Assembly (NCBI GenBank): GCA_022828135.1
Contig: JAJEJB010000015.1
Coordinates: 81,484 to 145,483, forward strand
Direction of reading: 5' to 3'
DNA length: 64,000 nucleotides
From: Acidimicrobiia bacterium
GTDB taxonomy: Bacteria > Actinomycetota > Acidimicrobiia > Acidimicrobiales > Aldehydirespiratoraceae
Made by a program: the position numbers and the translations under genes. Positions 11,785 through 20,490 of the stretch are shown piece after piece (position 1 is the first letter of the stretch; every line of letters starts with the position of its first letter). The notes under the pieces are model-generated. The model saw nothing but the letters and a program-made list of their open reading frames with translations, did no database searches and was not told the origin of the DNA.

Positions 11785-11863
11785 GGGCGGCAGTTTGCCA
11801 GCCCGAACCGCTGGCGCGTCCCGATCAGCCCGCGACGACCTGCGGTGCGGGTAGGTTGCCGCG

Positions 11864-12694
11864 GTGGCCGATGAGCGACCCCTCGACGAGCAGGTCCGGC
11901 TCGACTACCGGGACTCGGTGGCGTGGATCACGATCGACCGGCCCGAATCCGGCAATGCGCTGTCCCCGCCGTGCCGGGACCGGGTGCGCGACATCCTCAA
12001 CGGACTCAACACCAGCCACCGGGCCCGTGCCGCGGTGATCACCGCGGCCGGGGACCGGTTCTTCTGCACCGGCGCCGACCTTCGGCACTCCTACGACGAT
12101 CCCGACCGCTCGACCGAGGTGCCCGACAGGATCATGGGCGACGCCCGGCGCATGATGCTCGATGGCCAGTACGCGCTGTTCGACGCGTTGCTGGACTGCG
12201 ACGTGCCCGTCATCGCGGCAGTCAACGGCACCGCGGCCGGGATGGGCGCTCACCTGGCGCTGGCCTGCGACCTGGTGATCGCCGGCGACCGGGCCAAGTT
12301 CGTCGAGGTGTTCGCCCGTCGGGGGCTGGTGCCCGACGCGCTGGGGCCCTGGCTTCTGCCCCGCATCATCGGCGTGCGCCGCACCATGGAGCTGTTCCTG
12401 CTGGCCGAGGACCTGCCGGCGGGCAGGGCCCACGAGTTCGGCCTAGTGAACCGGGTGGTTCCCCATGGCGAGGTGCAGTCGGCCGCGGCCGAATGGGCCG
12501 CACGCCTGGCGACCGGCCCGAGCCGGTCATTCGCGTTGACCAAATGGCTGGTCAACCGCAGCCTGGACGCCGACCGCGCCTCCATGGCCCACGACGAGGC
12601 GGTGGCGGTGGAGTTGAACACCGGTACCGAGGACGCCGCCGAGGGCGTGGCCTCCTTCAAGGAGCGCCGCCCACCCCAGTGGAAGGGCTACTGA
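11864..12694 (+). CDS. Enoyl-CoA hydratase/isomerase (crotonase) family protein
   Basis: Crotonase-fold motifs (FCTGADL, AAVNGTAAGMGAHLALACDLVIA, EDAAEGVASFKERR). Confidence 0.85.
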   Translation: MADERPLDEQVRLDYRDSVAWITIDRPESGNALSPPCRDRVRDILNGLNTSHRARAAVITAAGDRFFCTGADLRHSYDDPDRSTEVPDRIMGDARRMMLDGQYALFDALLDCDVPVIAAVNGTAAGMGAHLALACDLVIAGDRAKFVEVFARRGLVPDALGPWLLPRIIGVRRTMELFLLAEDLPAGRAHEFGLVNRVVPHGEVQSAAAEWAARLATGPSRSFALTKWLVNRSLDADRASMAHDEAVAVELNTGTEDAAEGVASFKERRPPQWKGY

Positions 12695-12697
12695 GGC

Positions 12698-13900
12698 CTA
12701 GCTGAACGCGACCGGCAGGCTGGCCAGGCCCCTGAGGGTGAGCCTCCGCTTCCAGGGCGGATTGTCGTCGAGGGGCGTCCATGTTCCGAACCGGTCCAGC
12801 AGCGCCTGCAGCACGACCTGGCCCTCCAGACGAGCCAGTGCCGCGCCCAGGCAGTAGTGGATGCCCGACCCGAACGACAGCATGGGCACCTCACTCCGGC
12901 CCACATCGAAGCGGTCGGGGTCGTCAACCGCGGCCGGATCACGGTTGGCCGCGCCCAGCAGCATGAGAACCCCATGGCCCTGGGGGATGGAGTGCCCGCC
13001 GATCTCGGTGTCGGCCCGGACGTAGCGGCCGTCGATCTGCACCGGCGGCTGGAAGCGCAGCACTTCATCGAGCGCGGACGGCACCATCGAGCGGTCGGCC
13101 CGCAGCCGGGCCAACTGATCGGGATGGCGCATCAAGGTGTGGACCATGTTGCCGATCAGGTTCATCGTCGTCTCGAAGCCGGCCGCGTAGATCAGCGACA
13201 CCGTGACGGCCACCTCCGCCTGGTTGAGGCGATCCTCGCCGTCGCTGGCTGCGATCAGTCCCGACAGCAAGTCGTCGGCCGGCTCGGCCCGGCGACGGTC
13301 GATCAGGTCGTTCAGGTAATGGTTCACCTTCGTCGAGGCTGCGTCGGCCCGCTCCGTCTCCCCGGGCTGCCGGTTCGGCTCGAGCGTGGCTGCCAGGTCC
13401 GACACCAGCGGCCGGAGCCAGTCCCGGTCGGAGACCGGCACCCCGACCAGCTCGCTGATCACGTTGGCCGGCAGCGGGAAGGCGAGCGCGTCGATCAGGT
13501 CGCACTCCCCCGCCTCAGCCACCTCATCGAGGAGCTCTTCGGTCATGGCCTCGACCGCCGGCCGCAGCCGCTCCACCCGGCGGGGCGTGAACGCCCGGCT
13601 CACCAGCGACCGGATCCGGGTGTGGTCGGGCGGGTTCAGGAACAGCAACGAGCGAGGCCCATCGGGCCTCGGCTGGCGGGCCGCCGCCAGCAGCGAAGGT
13701 GAGTCCTCCCCCGGCTCGGGACTGCCCAGCCGCTGATCGCGCAGCGCGGCCCGGCAGTCCTCGAAGCGGGTCAGGACCCAGAAGTCCGAGAAGCCGCTCT
13801 TGTGCACCGGCGACGTCTCCCGCAGCTCCCGCAGCAGTGGGTACGGGTCGGCGATCACATCCGGGTCGGTGACGATCCGCAACAGCAGTTCGTCGCTCAT
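12698..13900 (-). CDS. Cytochrome P450
   Basis: Heme-thiolate loop FGSGIHYCLGAALAR, I-helix AAGFETT and EVLRF (ExxR). The 400-aa product starts at the ATG at 13900. That ATG overlaps the stop of the upstream gene (ATGA). The 1008-aa ORF-track entry is an over-extension. Confidence 0.9.
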   Translation of the reverse strand: MSDELLLRIVTDPDVIADPYPLLRELRETSPVHKSGFSDFWVLTRFEDCRAALRDQRLGSPEPGEDSPSLLAAARQPRPDGPRSLLFLNPPDHTRIRSLVSRAFTPRRVERLRPAVEAMTEELLDEVAEAGECDLIDALAFPLPANVISELVGVPVSDRDWLRPLVSDLAATLEPNRQPGETERADAASTKVNHYLNDLIDRRRAEPADDLLSGLIAASDGEDRLNQAEVAVTVSLIYAAGFETTMNLIGNMVHTLMRHPDQLARLRADRSMVPSALDEVLRFQPPVQIDGRYVRADTEIGGHSIPQGHGVLMLLGAANRDPAAVDDPDRFDVGRSEVPMLSFGSGIHYCLGAALARLEGQVVLQALLDRFGTWTPLDDNPPWKRRLTLRGLASLPVAFS

Positions 13901-14973
13901 GCGCCGGCTCCCTGTCCGGCTGCGGGGTATTGGGTGAGGGCATCGGCGATCTCGGCGGCCACCGTCGCGTTGGACTCGGCCAGCGCGATGTTGGCCGGCA
14001 CGATCGCCCCGCCGGTGGACTCGGCAAGGGCGGTCAGGACGGCGGGCGTTACGTCTCCCCCCGAGACGCCCGCGCGCCGGGCCGCAGCCTCGGCGCCGGT
14101 CACCAACTCTGCGATCGCTTCCCGGTCGAGTTCGGCCTCGGGTGGGATCGGGTTGGCCACCAGGATCCCTCCGGGATGCCCGAGGGCGGAGGCTGCCCGG
14201 AGAGCGGCCGCCACCTGATGCCCGTCGTGCACGGTGGTCGACAGCTCCGGCCCGCCGTCTCGCACGTAGAAGGCCGGGAAGCGGTCGGTGCGCCACCCCA
14301 GCACGGCCACGCCGAGCGTCTCGAGCCGCTCGAAGGTGAGCGGCACGTCGAGGAACGCCTTGACTCCCGACGAGACCACCGCCACCGGGTGGCTGGCCAG
14401 GGCCTCCAGGTCGGCGCTCACATCGCCGCTGCGGTCCGCGCCGCGATGGACTCCGCCGATACCGCCGGTGGCGAACACCTCGATACCGGCGGCGGCGGCC
14501 AGCGTCACCGTGGCCGACACGGTGGTCACCCCCACCTCGAGGCCGGTAGCCACTGCCGGTCCGAGATCGCGGGCCCCGAGCTTGGTGGAGCCGCCGAACA
14601 GGCGCTCGGCTTGGGCGAAGTTCGCGCCGACGACCGCCTTGCCGTCGAGCACGCCGCAGAGCGCCGGGACGGCACCGGTGGCCCGCACCGCGGCCTGAAC
14701 CCGCTGGAAGCACTCGCGGTTGGCGGGCTCGGGCAGGCCCAGTTCCGAGAAGATGGTCGACTCCAGCGCCACCACAGGGGCACCCGAAGCGAGAGCGGCC
14801 CCGACCTCTGACCCGATGTGCAACGCTTCGACCACGCTTGTGAGGGTAGGACCTAGGCTCCCCCCTGTGACGGCAGACCCGAACGCCTCCGAACTCGTCG
14901 ACGACTTCAACGCGGCCCTCGCCTCGCTGACAGCTCCCGGAGGGCCGTTCGGCTGGACGGTGAGGGAGGTCAA
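13897..14973 (-). CDS. psuG: Pseudouridine-5'-phosphate glycosidase-like (PsuG / IndA family) C-glycosidase
   Basis: Family motifs PVVALESTIFS, ATGGIGGVHRGA and DVSADLEAL. The true start is probably the GTG at 14835 (313 codons including stop) rather than 14973, which would overlap the divergent ligase gene. Confidence 0.8.
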   Translation of the reverse strand: MTSLTVQPNGPPGAVSEARAALKSSTSSEAFGSAVTGGSLGPTLTSVVEALHIGSEVGAALASGAPVVALESTIFSELGLPEPANRECFQRVQAAVRATGAVPALCGVLDGKAVVGANFAQAERLFGGSTKLGARDLGPAVATGLEVGVTTVSATVTLAAAAGIEVFATGGIGGVHRGADRSGDVSADLEALASHPVAVVSSGVKAFLDVPLTFERLETLGVAVLGWRTDRFPAFYVRDGGPELSTTVHDGHQVAAALRAASALGHPGGILVANPIPPEAELDREAIAELVTGAEAAARRAGVSGGDVTPAVLTALAESTGGAIVPANIALAESNATVAAEIADALTQYPAAGQGAGA

Positions 14974-16597
14974 CGGCGTGCCGGTGCGGGTCTACGACAA
15001 CGCCATGCCGGACATGCGGGCGGTGTGGGCGATGTCGGCGGCCCACGGCGACAAGGACTACCTGGTCTACGGCGAGAAGCGCTACAGCTACGCCGAGGCC
15101 CACGCCCGGGTGCGGGCCCTGGCCCATCACCTGCGCACCGCGTACGGCGCCGGGCCGGGCACCCGGGTGGCGATCTCCATGCGCAACTACCCCGAATGGG
15201 TGCTGTCCCACTGGGCCATCATCTCGGTGGGCGCGGCGGCGGTGGGCATGAACTCGTGGTGGACGCGACCGGAGATGGAGTTCGCCCTGAACGACTCCGA
15301 GCCGGTTGCACTGATCCTCGACGGCGAGCGATTGGAGAGGCTGGGACCGGCCTGCGGCGAGATCCCCCTCGTCGTGGCCCGCCATGACGGGGACTTGCCC
15401 GCGTCGGCGCTGCCGTGGGAGGCGGTCGCGGACCCTGCGAACGCACCCGATGCCCTCCCCGACGCGAACATCGACCCCGACGACGACGCCTTGATCTTCT
15501 ACACATCGGGCACGACCGGCTTCCCCAAGGGCGCCCAACTCACCCACCGCGCCGTGGTTCACAACCTGATGAACATGATCCTGCTGACCGCCTCCGGGGA
15601 CGCGGCCCGAGCCCAGCGCATGGCTCGCTCCGGCGCCGAGGAGCCACCGCCTGAGGCTCCGCCACTGGTGGCCCTGCTGCCGGTGCCGCTGTTCCATGTC
15701 ACCGGCTGCAACTGCGTGCTGCACACGGTCACCATCGCGGGCGGCTGCCTGGTGATGATGTACCGCTGGGATGCTGCGGAGGCCCTACGGCTTATCGAGC
15801 GGGAGGGGGTCACCGTGTTCACCGGTGTGCCCAGCATGTCCCGGGAGATGCTGCAGCATCCTGACTGGGAGAACACCGACACGTCGTCGTTGCGCTCGAT
15901 GGGGGGCGGAGGCGCGGCCATCCCCACCGACCTCGTACGGCGGATCGACGACGGGCTGTCCCAGGGGCGTCCCGGCGTCGGCTACGGGCTGACCGAGACG
16001 GCCGGTATCGCCACCGCCATAAGCAACGAGTTCTATGTGGCCAACCCGTCGTCGGTGGGACCGCTGGTGCCGTGCATGGAGGCCATCGTCGTCGACGAGA
16101 ACGGCGCGACCCTCGATCCGGGCCAACGCGGAGAACTGCGGCTACGGGGACCCAACGTGATGAAGGGCTACCTGAACCGGCCCGACGCCACCGCCGAGGC
16201 CATAGTCGACGGTTGGTTCCGCACCGGGGACATCGCCGAGGTCGACGATGGCGGCTGGATCTACATCAAGGACCGGATCAAGGACATCGTGATCCGGGGC
16301 GGTGAGAACATCCACTGCTCCGAGGTGGAGGAGGCGCTCTACGAGTTGGACCAGATCGCCGAGGCGGCTGTGTTCGGCCTGCCCGACGAGCGCTTGGGAG
16401 AAGCAGTGGCCGCGGCAGTAGTTCTCGTTCCCGGCACAGAACTCGACGAAGCCGCCCTGGCCAAGCATCTCGACGGACGTCTGGCCCGCTTCAAGCACCC
16501 GCGCGACGTGTGGTTCCTCGACGAAGCCCTGCCCCGCAACGCCAACGGCAAGTTCCTCAAGCGCGAGCTGCGCGAACGCTTCGCCTCCACTCCCTGA
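14867..16597 (+). CDS. AMP-dependent acyl-CoA synthetase/ligase
   Basis: YTSGTTGFPKG, GYGLTET, GDIAEVDDGGWIYIKDR and NANGKFLKREL. The GTG start at 14867 is a hand choice. The ORF track opens at 14720. Confidence 0.8.
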   Translation: MTADPNASELVDDFNAALASLTAPGGPFGWTVREVNGVPVRVYDNAMPDMRAVWAMSAAHGDKDYLVYGEKRYSYAEAHARVRALAHHLRTAYGAGPGTRVAISMRNYPEWVLSHWAIISVGAAAVGMNSWWTRPEMEFALNDSEPVALILDGERLERLGPACGEIPLVVARHDGDLPASALPWEAVADPANAPDALPDANIDPDDDALIFYTSGTTGFPKGAQLTHRAVVHNLMNMILLTASGDAARAQRMARSGAEEPPPEAPPLVALLPVPLFHVTGCNCVLHTVTIAGGCLVMMYRWDAAEALRLIEREGVTVFTGVPSMSREMLQHPDWENTDTSSLRSMGGGGAAIPTDLVRRIDDGLSQGRPGVGYGLTETAGIATAISNEFYVANPSSVGPLVPCMEAIVVDENGATLDPGQRGELRLRGPNVMKGYLNRPDATAEAIVDGWFRTGDIAEVDDGGWIYIKDRIKDIVIRGGENIHCSEVEEALYELDQIAEAAVFGLPDERLGEAVAAAVVLVPGTELDEAALAKHLDGRLARFKHPRDVWFLDEALPRNANGKFLKRELRERFASTP

Positions 16598-16636
16598 CCG
16601 AGTCGCTAACCCGCGGCGTCGGCCGCCGTGTCCATG

Positions 16637-17818
16637 TCAGCCGGCGAGAGCAGCCAGGCGCTCCACGGCCTGTTCCAGCACCTCGGGGCGCTTGCAGGCC
16701 GCGAAGCGCACGAAGGGCGCTCCCATCGCCTTGTCGTCGCAAAGCACTTGGACGGGAACGGCCACCACCCCGCACCGCTCGGGCAGCGAGCGGCAGAATT
16801 GCAAACCGTCGCTCGCGCCGAGGGGGCGGATGTCGGCGGTGATGTAGTAGGTGCCCTGGGGCACGGCGGGTTCGAAGCCCGCGGCTGACAGCCCATCGCA
16901 CAGCAGGTCGCGCCGGGCTTGAAGGTCGGCGGCGAGGCCGTCGAAGAACTCGTCACCGAGGCGCAGCCCGACCGCCACCGCGGGCTGGAACGGCCCCCCG
17001 CTCACGTAGGTGAGCAACTGTTTGGCCGCCTGCACCGCCCGCACCAGCTCAGGGCGGGCGCACACCCAGCCGATCTTCCATCCGGTGAACGACAGCGTCT
17101 TGCCCCCCGACGAGATCGTGACGGTGCGGTCGGCCATGCCGGGCCGGGTGGCCAGCGGCACATGGGCGTTCTGATCGAAGACCAGATGCTCGTACACCTC
17201 GTCGGTCACCGCGATCACGTCGTGCTCGATGCACAAGCGGGCGATGGTGTCGAGTTCGTCTGGACCGAACACCTTGCCGGTGGGGTTGTGCGGGGAGTTG
17301 AGCAGCAGCATCCGGGTGCGGGGGCCGAAGGCGGCGGCCAACTCGTCGGGATCGAAGGTGTAAGCGGGTGGCCGCAGCTGCACCAAGCGATACGTGGCGC
17401 CGGCCATCGAGATGTCGGCCGGGTAGATGTCGAAGTAGGGCTCGAAGGTCACCACCTCATCGCCGGGACCGGTCAAGGCCAGGATCGAGGCGGTGATGGC
17501 CTCGGTGGCACCCGCGGTGATCAGCACCTCGGTGTCGGCGTCGAACTCCAGGCCCCAGAACCGCGCCTGGTGCTCGGCCACAGCCTGACGCAGCACCGGA
17601 TGGCCGATGCCGGGCGGGTACTGGTTGAAGTCGCCCCGGATGGCCTCCATGGCGGCCTCGGCCACCGCAGCCGGCCCGTCGGTGTCGGGGAAGCCTTGGC
17701 CGAGGTTGATGGCGCTGGTGCGCACCGCCAGCGCCGACATCTCCGCGAAGACCGATGCCCCGCCGAAGGGCTGAAGGCGGTCGCACAGGTACGGCAGGCG
17801 CTCGGCAGTCATCGCCAC
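16637..17818 (-). CDS. Class I/II PLP-dependent aminotransferase
   Basis: Typical fold-type I motifs (LNSPHNPTG, SSGGKTLSFTGWKIGW with the PLP lysine). Confidence 0.85.
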   Translation of the reverse strand: MAMTAERLPYLCDRLQPFGGASVFAEMSALAVRTSAINLGQGFPDTDGPAAVAEAAMEAIRGDFNQYPPGIGHPVLRQAVAEHQARFWGLEFDADTEVLITAGATEAITASILALTGPGDEVVTFEPYFDIYPADISMAGATYRLVQLRPPAYTFDPDELAAAFGPRTRMLLLNSPHNPTGKVFGPDELDTIARLCIEHDVIAVTDEVYEHLVFDQNAHVPLATRPGMADRTVTISSGGKTLSFTGWKIGWVCARPELVRAVQAAKQLLTYVSGGPFQPAVAVGLRLGDEFFDGLAADLQARRDLLCDGLSAAGFEPAVPQGTYYITADIRPLGASDGLQFCRSLPERCGVVAVPVQVLCDDKAMGAPFVRFAACKRPEVLEQAVERLAALAG

Positions 17819-17861
17819 AGACTATGGCTCCGGCGTCGGGCGACGGGTCGCGAGACCGGCG

Positions 17862-18560
17862 TCAGCCCGCGTCGGGCGCGACGAACTCGACCAGGAACTC
17901 CCAGGCCTTGTCGTTGAGCTCGCCGGCCACCCGGGCGACGACCCTGCCATCGGCGGTGACACCGACCGTGTAGGGGAAGCCGCTCAGCCCGTAGGCGTCG
18001 CCGATCTCGCTCTCCGCGGAGTCGCGCACGACCACGGCGGGCCATTGCTCCTCCTCGAACCACACCGACGGCGGGTAGTTGGGACTGCCGGGATCGACGG
18101 CGGTGCTGACCGCGATCACCTCGACACCTGTGGGCAGCTGGTTGTTGGCCATCCAGTCGGCGATCCGGGGCAGCTCCCGCTGGCAATGGGGACACCAGTG
18201 GGCGAAGAAGCCGATCACTTTGGCCGTGCCGTCGCCGGGCAGCACGCTCACCTCGGTGCCGTCGAAGGTCGTCGCCGCGAAGGCGGGGGCCCGCATCTCC
18301 ATGGCGGGATCAGGCTCCTCACCCTCGAACCGCGGCAGCGGCGCGCCTTCGATGCTGACGTCGGACACCTGGGCCACGTTGGTCTGCGCCTGCTGCTCGG
18401 CGTCCCGGCTGGCGAGCAAGGCGACCCCTACGGCTACCGCCACCAGCACGACGACACCGGCGATCATCCACTTCAGCAGCGGATTCGAACCGGAGCCAGC
18501 TCGGTCGCCGGACGGACGGGAACCGCTGCGAGACTTCTGGACGGTGGACCGGTTGCTCAT
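17862..18560 (-). CDS. Membrane-anchored thioredoxin-fold thiol-disulfide oxidoreductase (TlpA/ResA/BdbD-like)
   Basis: CxxC active site FAHWCPHCQRE, with an N-terminal TM segment (IAGVVVLVAVAVGVALL). The ATG at 18560 overlaps the stop of the upstream DsbB-like gene (ATGA). Confidence 0.8.
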   Translation of the reverse strand: MSNRSTVQKSRSGSRPSGDRAGSGSNPLLKWMIAGVVVLVAVAVGVALLASRDAEQQAQTNVAQVSDVSIEGAPLPRFEGEEPDPAMEMRAPAFAATTFDGTEVSVLPGDGTAKVIGFFAHWCPHCQRELPRIADWMANNQLPTGVEVIAVSTAVDPGSPNYPPSVWFEEEQWPAVVVRDSAESEIGDAYGLSGFPYTVGVTADGRVVARVAGELNDKAWEFLVEFVAPDAG

Positions 18561-19075
18561 CGGCCCGACCGTAGCGAAAGCAGAAGCAGGCCGGCGACCC
18601 CGACGAAGCCGCCGCCGGCCATGAACGGGATCGACACGAAGCCGAGGCTGTCCACCCACTGGTACGTGCAGGGAGCCGCCACGTCGCAGGTCGATCCCTG
18701 ATCGGGAAACAACTGCAGTTGGTAGTGGTACACCGACAGTCCCAGGCCGGCCAGTGCCAGGGGGAGCCCGTACCAGCCGCCCTGCCGGTCGCGCCGGATC
18801 AGAGCCACTGCCAGCACCGGCACCAGGGCGTACATGCAGATCCGCTGGTACCAGCACATCTCGCAGGGCAGGTATCCGGCGACCTCGGAGTAGTACAGGC
18901 TCCCGGCGGTCGACACCGAAGCGATCACCAGCGCCAGCGGCAGCAGGACCGGCCGCAACTGGCGGGCGCGGGCGACGGCCCCCGGAGCCAGTGCGGCGGC
19001 TGCGCCCCAGCAGCCGATGAGCAGCGATCCCAGGGTCAGCACCGCGAAGAAATCCGACACCTGACCGACGCTCAC
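18557..19075 (-). CDS. Disulfide bond formation protein B family (BdbC-like)
   Basis: Four hydrophobic segments, a CEMCWYQRICMY motif and a second Cys pair (CDVAAPC). Confidence 0.75.
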   Translation of the reverse strand: MSVGQVSDFFAVLTLGSLLIGCWGAAAALAPGAVARARQLRPVLLPLALVIASVSTAGSLYYSEVAGYLPCEMCWYQRICMYALVPVLAVALIRRDRQGGWYGLPLALAGLGLSVYHYQLQLFPDQGSTCDVAAPCTYQWVDSLGFVSIPFMAGGGFVGVAGLLLLSLRSGR

Positions 19076-19157
19076 GCCCCCAGCCTGCCCCGAACCCGCC
19101 CAGATTGCCTCATTCGCGCATTGCTATTTCCATTGACATAGGATTACATTACTTTTC

Positions 19158-20480
19158 ATGTCAGATCTGATGGCCATGGACACGGAGCGGGCGACGGAGC
19201 TGCGCCAGCGGATGGAGACCGCAGCCGACGACCTCGATTGGGACGCCCAGGCGCTGGAGGGTCCGCTGGCGGAGGCCGCGTCGCTGCTCGGAAGCCCTCT
19301 CCCGGACATCGGTGGCGGTGCCCGCCGGGTGGCCGGCGAGCTTCGAGACGGCGCCCTGGACCTTCAGGAGCGCACTCGCATGGTGCTGGCCAGCGGGCCG
19401 GAGATGAACGAGGGTCTGGGCGCGCTGGAGCGCATCCGGGAGCACTTCACCATGATCGAGTCACGCGGCGACCCGGACGAGGCCGACGGCCTGCTTTCTC
19501 GCCGCGACTTGCGTTGGGCGGTCCACTCCGCCGACTCGGCCACTGCCGCGGCCGCGGGCTGGCTGCTGGACCACGACCTGTTCTTCGATCAGGTCGAGAC
19601 GGCCATGCACAACGACGACTACCTGAACCGGATCCACCAAAGCGAGTTCGCGTTCGATCCGGACGACCGCGACGGCCTGATGAGCCGGGACGACATCGAC
19701 GCCTTCCTGGACAAGACCGCGGCGCGGTCGGCGCTGATGCCCCACGCGGCCACGATCGACGCGGCCGGTGGCGGCCAGCCGGACGGATTCATGAGCCGGG
19801 CCGACCTTGAGGCCTTCCTCAGCGACTACAACCTGACGGCGGAGGAGGCGGGCGCGGTGCAACAGGTGCTCGCCGACCGCGCCTACCACACCACCGGCGG
19901 CGGTATCAGCATGGGAGGCGTGCTCGACGGCCTGTCGTTCGTGCCGGTCATCGGCGATGTGATCGACGGAGCCCGGTCGATCTACTACACGCTGCACGGA
20001 GACTTCGCCACCGCCTCGCTGTTCGCTCTGGGCCTGATTCCCCTGCCGGGGCTGTCGTCGTCGGGCGTGCGGGGCGCCCTGAAGATCGTGGACAGGGTCA
20101 AGGCGGTCGCCCACAAGAGCGGCGCCAAGGAGGCGAGCAGGGAGGCCGGCCGGTTGGCCATGAAGGGCACCGGAGCCAACTATGCGGCCTACGAGGGCGC
20201 CAAGCAGGCCGGCGGGGCGCTCGGCGGCGACCTCGACGTCGACGAGTCGATCGACTACGTGGTCGACGATGTGCTCGGCCCCCAGATAGAGGACCTCCTC
20301 GACGAGGACCTCGACCCCGTGCTCCGAACGCTGCTCACCGACCGGCTGGAGCAGTCCCTCAACGACCGGCTGGACCTCGACGCCCGAGTGCATCTGTCGG
20401 AGGCCAACACGGTGATCGCCCGCCGCATCGCCGAGCATCACGCCTTCGAGGCCATCTTCCGCAACATGAAACCCGGCTGA
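19158..20480 (+). CDS. Hypothetical protein: helical N-terminus, three EF-hand-like DG(L/F)(L/M)SRxD(L/I) repeats, a pre-toxin-TG-like hydrophobic segment and an acidic C-terminal domain
   Basis: A clean 440-aa ORF in the coding-like frame. I recognise no family for the whole protein. It is preceded by a 36% GC island. The start could also be ATG 19170 or 19176. Confidence 0.55.
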   Translation: MSDLMAMDTERATELRQRMETAADDLDWDAQALEGPLAEAASLLGSPLPDIGGGARRVAGELRDGALDLQERTRMVLASGPEMNEGLGALERIREHFTMIESRGDPDEADGLLSRRDLRWAVHSADSATAAAAGWLLDHDLFFDQVETAMHNDDYLNRIHQSEFAFDPDDRDGLMSRDDIDAFLDKTAARSALMPHAATIDAAGGGQPDGFMSRADLEAFLSDYNLTAEEAGAVQQVLADRAYHTTGGGISMGGVLDGLSFVPVIGDVIDGARSIYYTLHGDFATASLFALGLIPLPGLSSSGVRGALKIVDRVKAVAHKSGAKEASREAGRLAMKGTGANYAAYEGAKQAGGALGGDLDVDESIDYVVDDVLGPQIEDLLDEDLDPVLRTLLTDRLEQSLNDRLDLDARVHLSEANTVIARRIAEHHAFEAIFRNMKPG

Positions 20481-20490
20481 GCCGGACCTG

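Noticed and set aside
12698-15724. A 1008-aa minus-strand ORF that looks like a giant gene.
   Set aside because: Only the last 400 codons (12698-13900) are a P450. The upstream 600 codons are Arg/Gly/Pro-rich high-GC shadow sequence. They run antisense to, or out of frame with, the real PsuG-like and acyl-CoA ligase genes.
19133-19160. A TTGACA hexamer plus TANNNT-like hexamers (TACATT, TACTTT) upstream of the 440-aa ORF, considered as a defined promoter.
   Set aside because: The spacing between TTGACA and the candidate -10 hexamers is 6-11 nt, which is not the canonical 16-18 nt. I cannot support a specific promoter call. Only the AT-rich island itself is reported.
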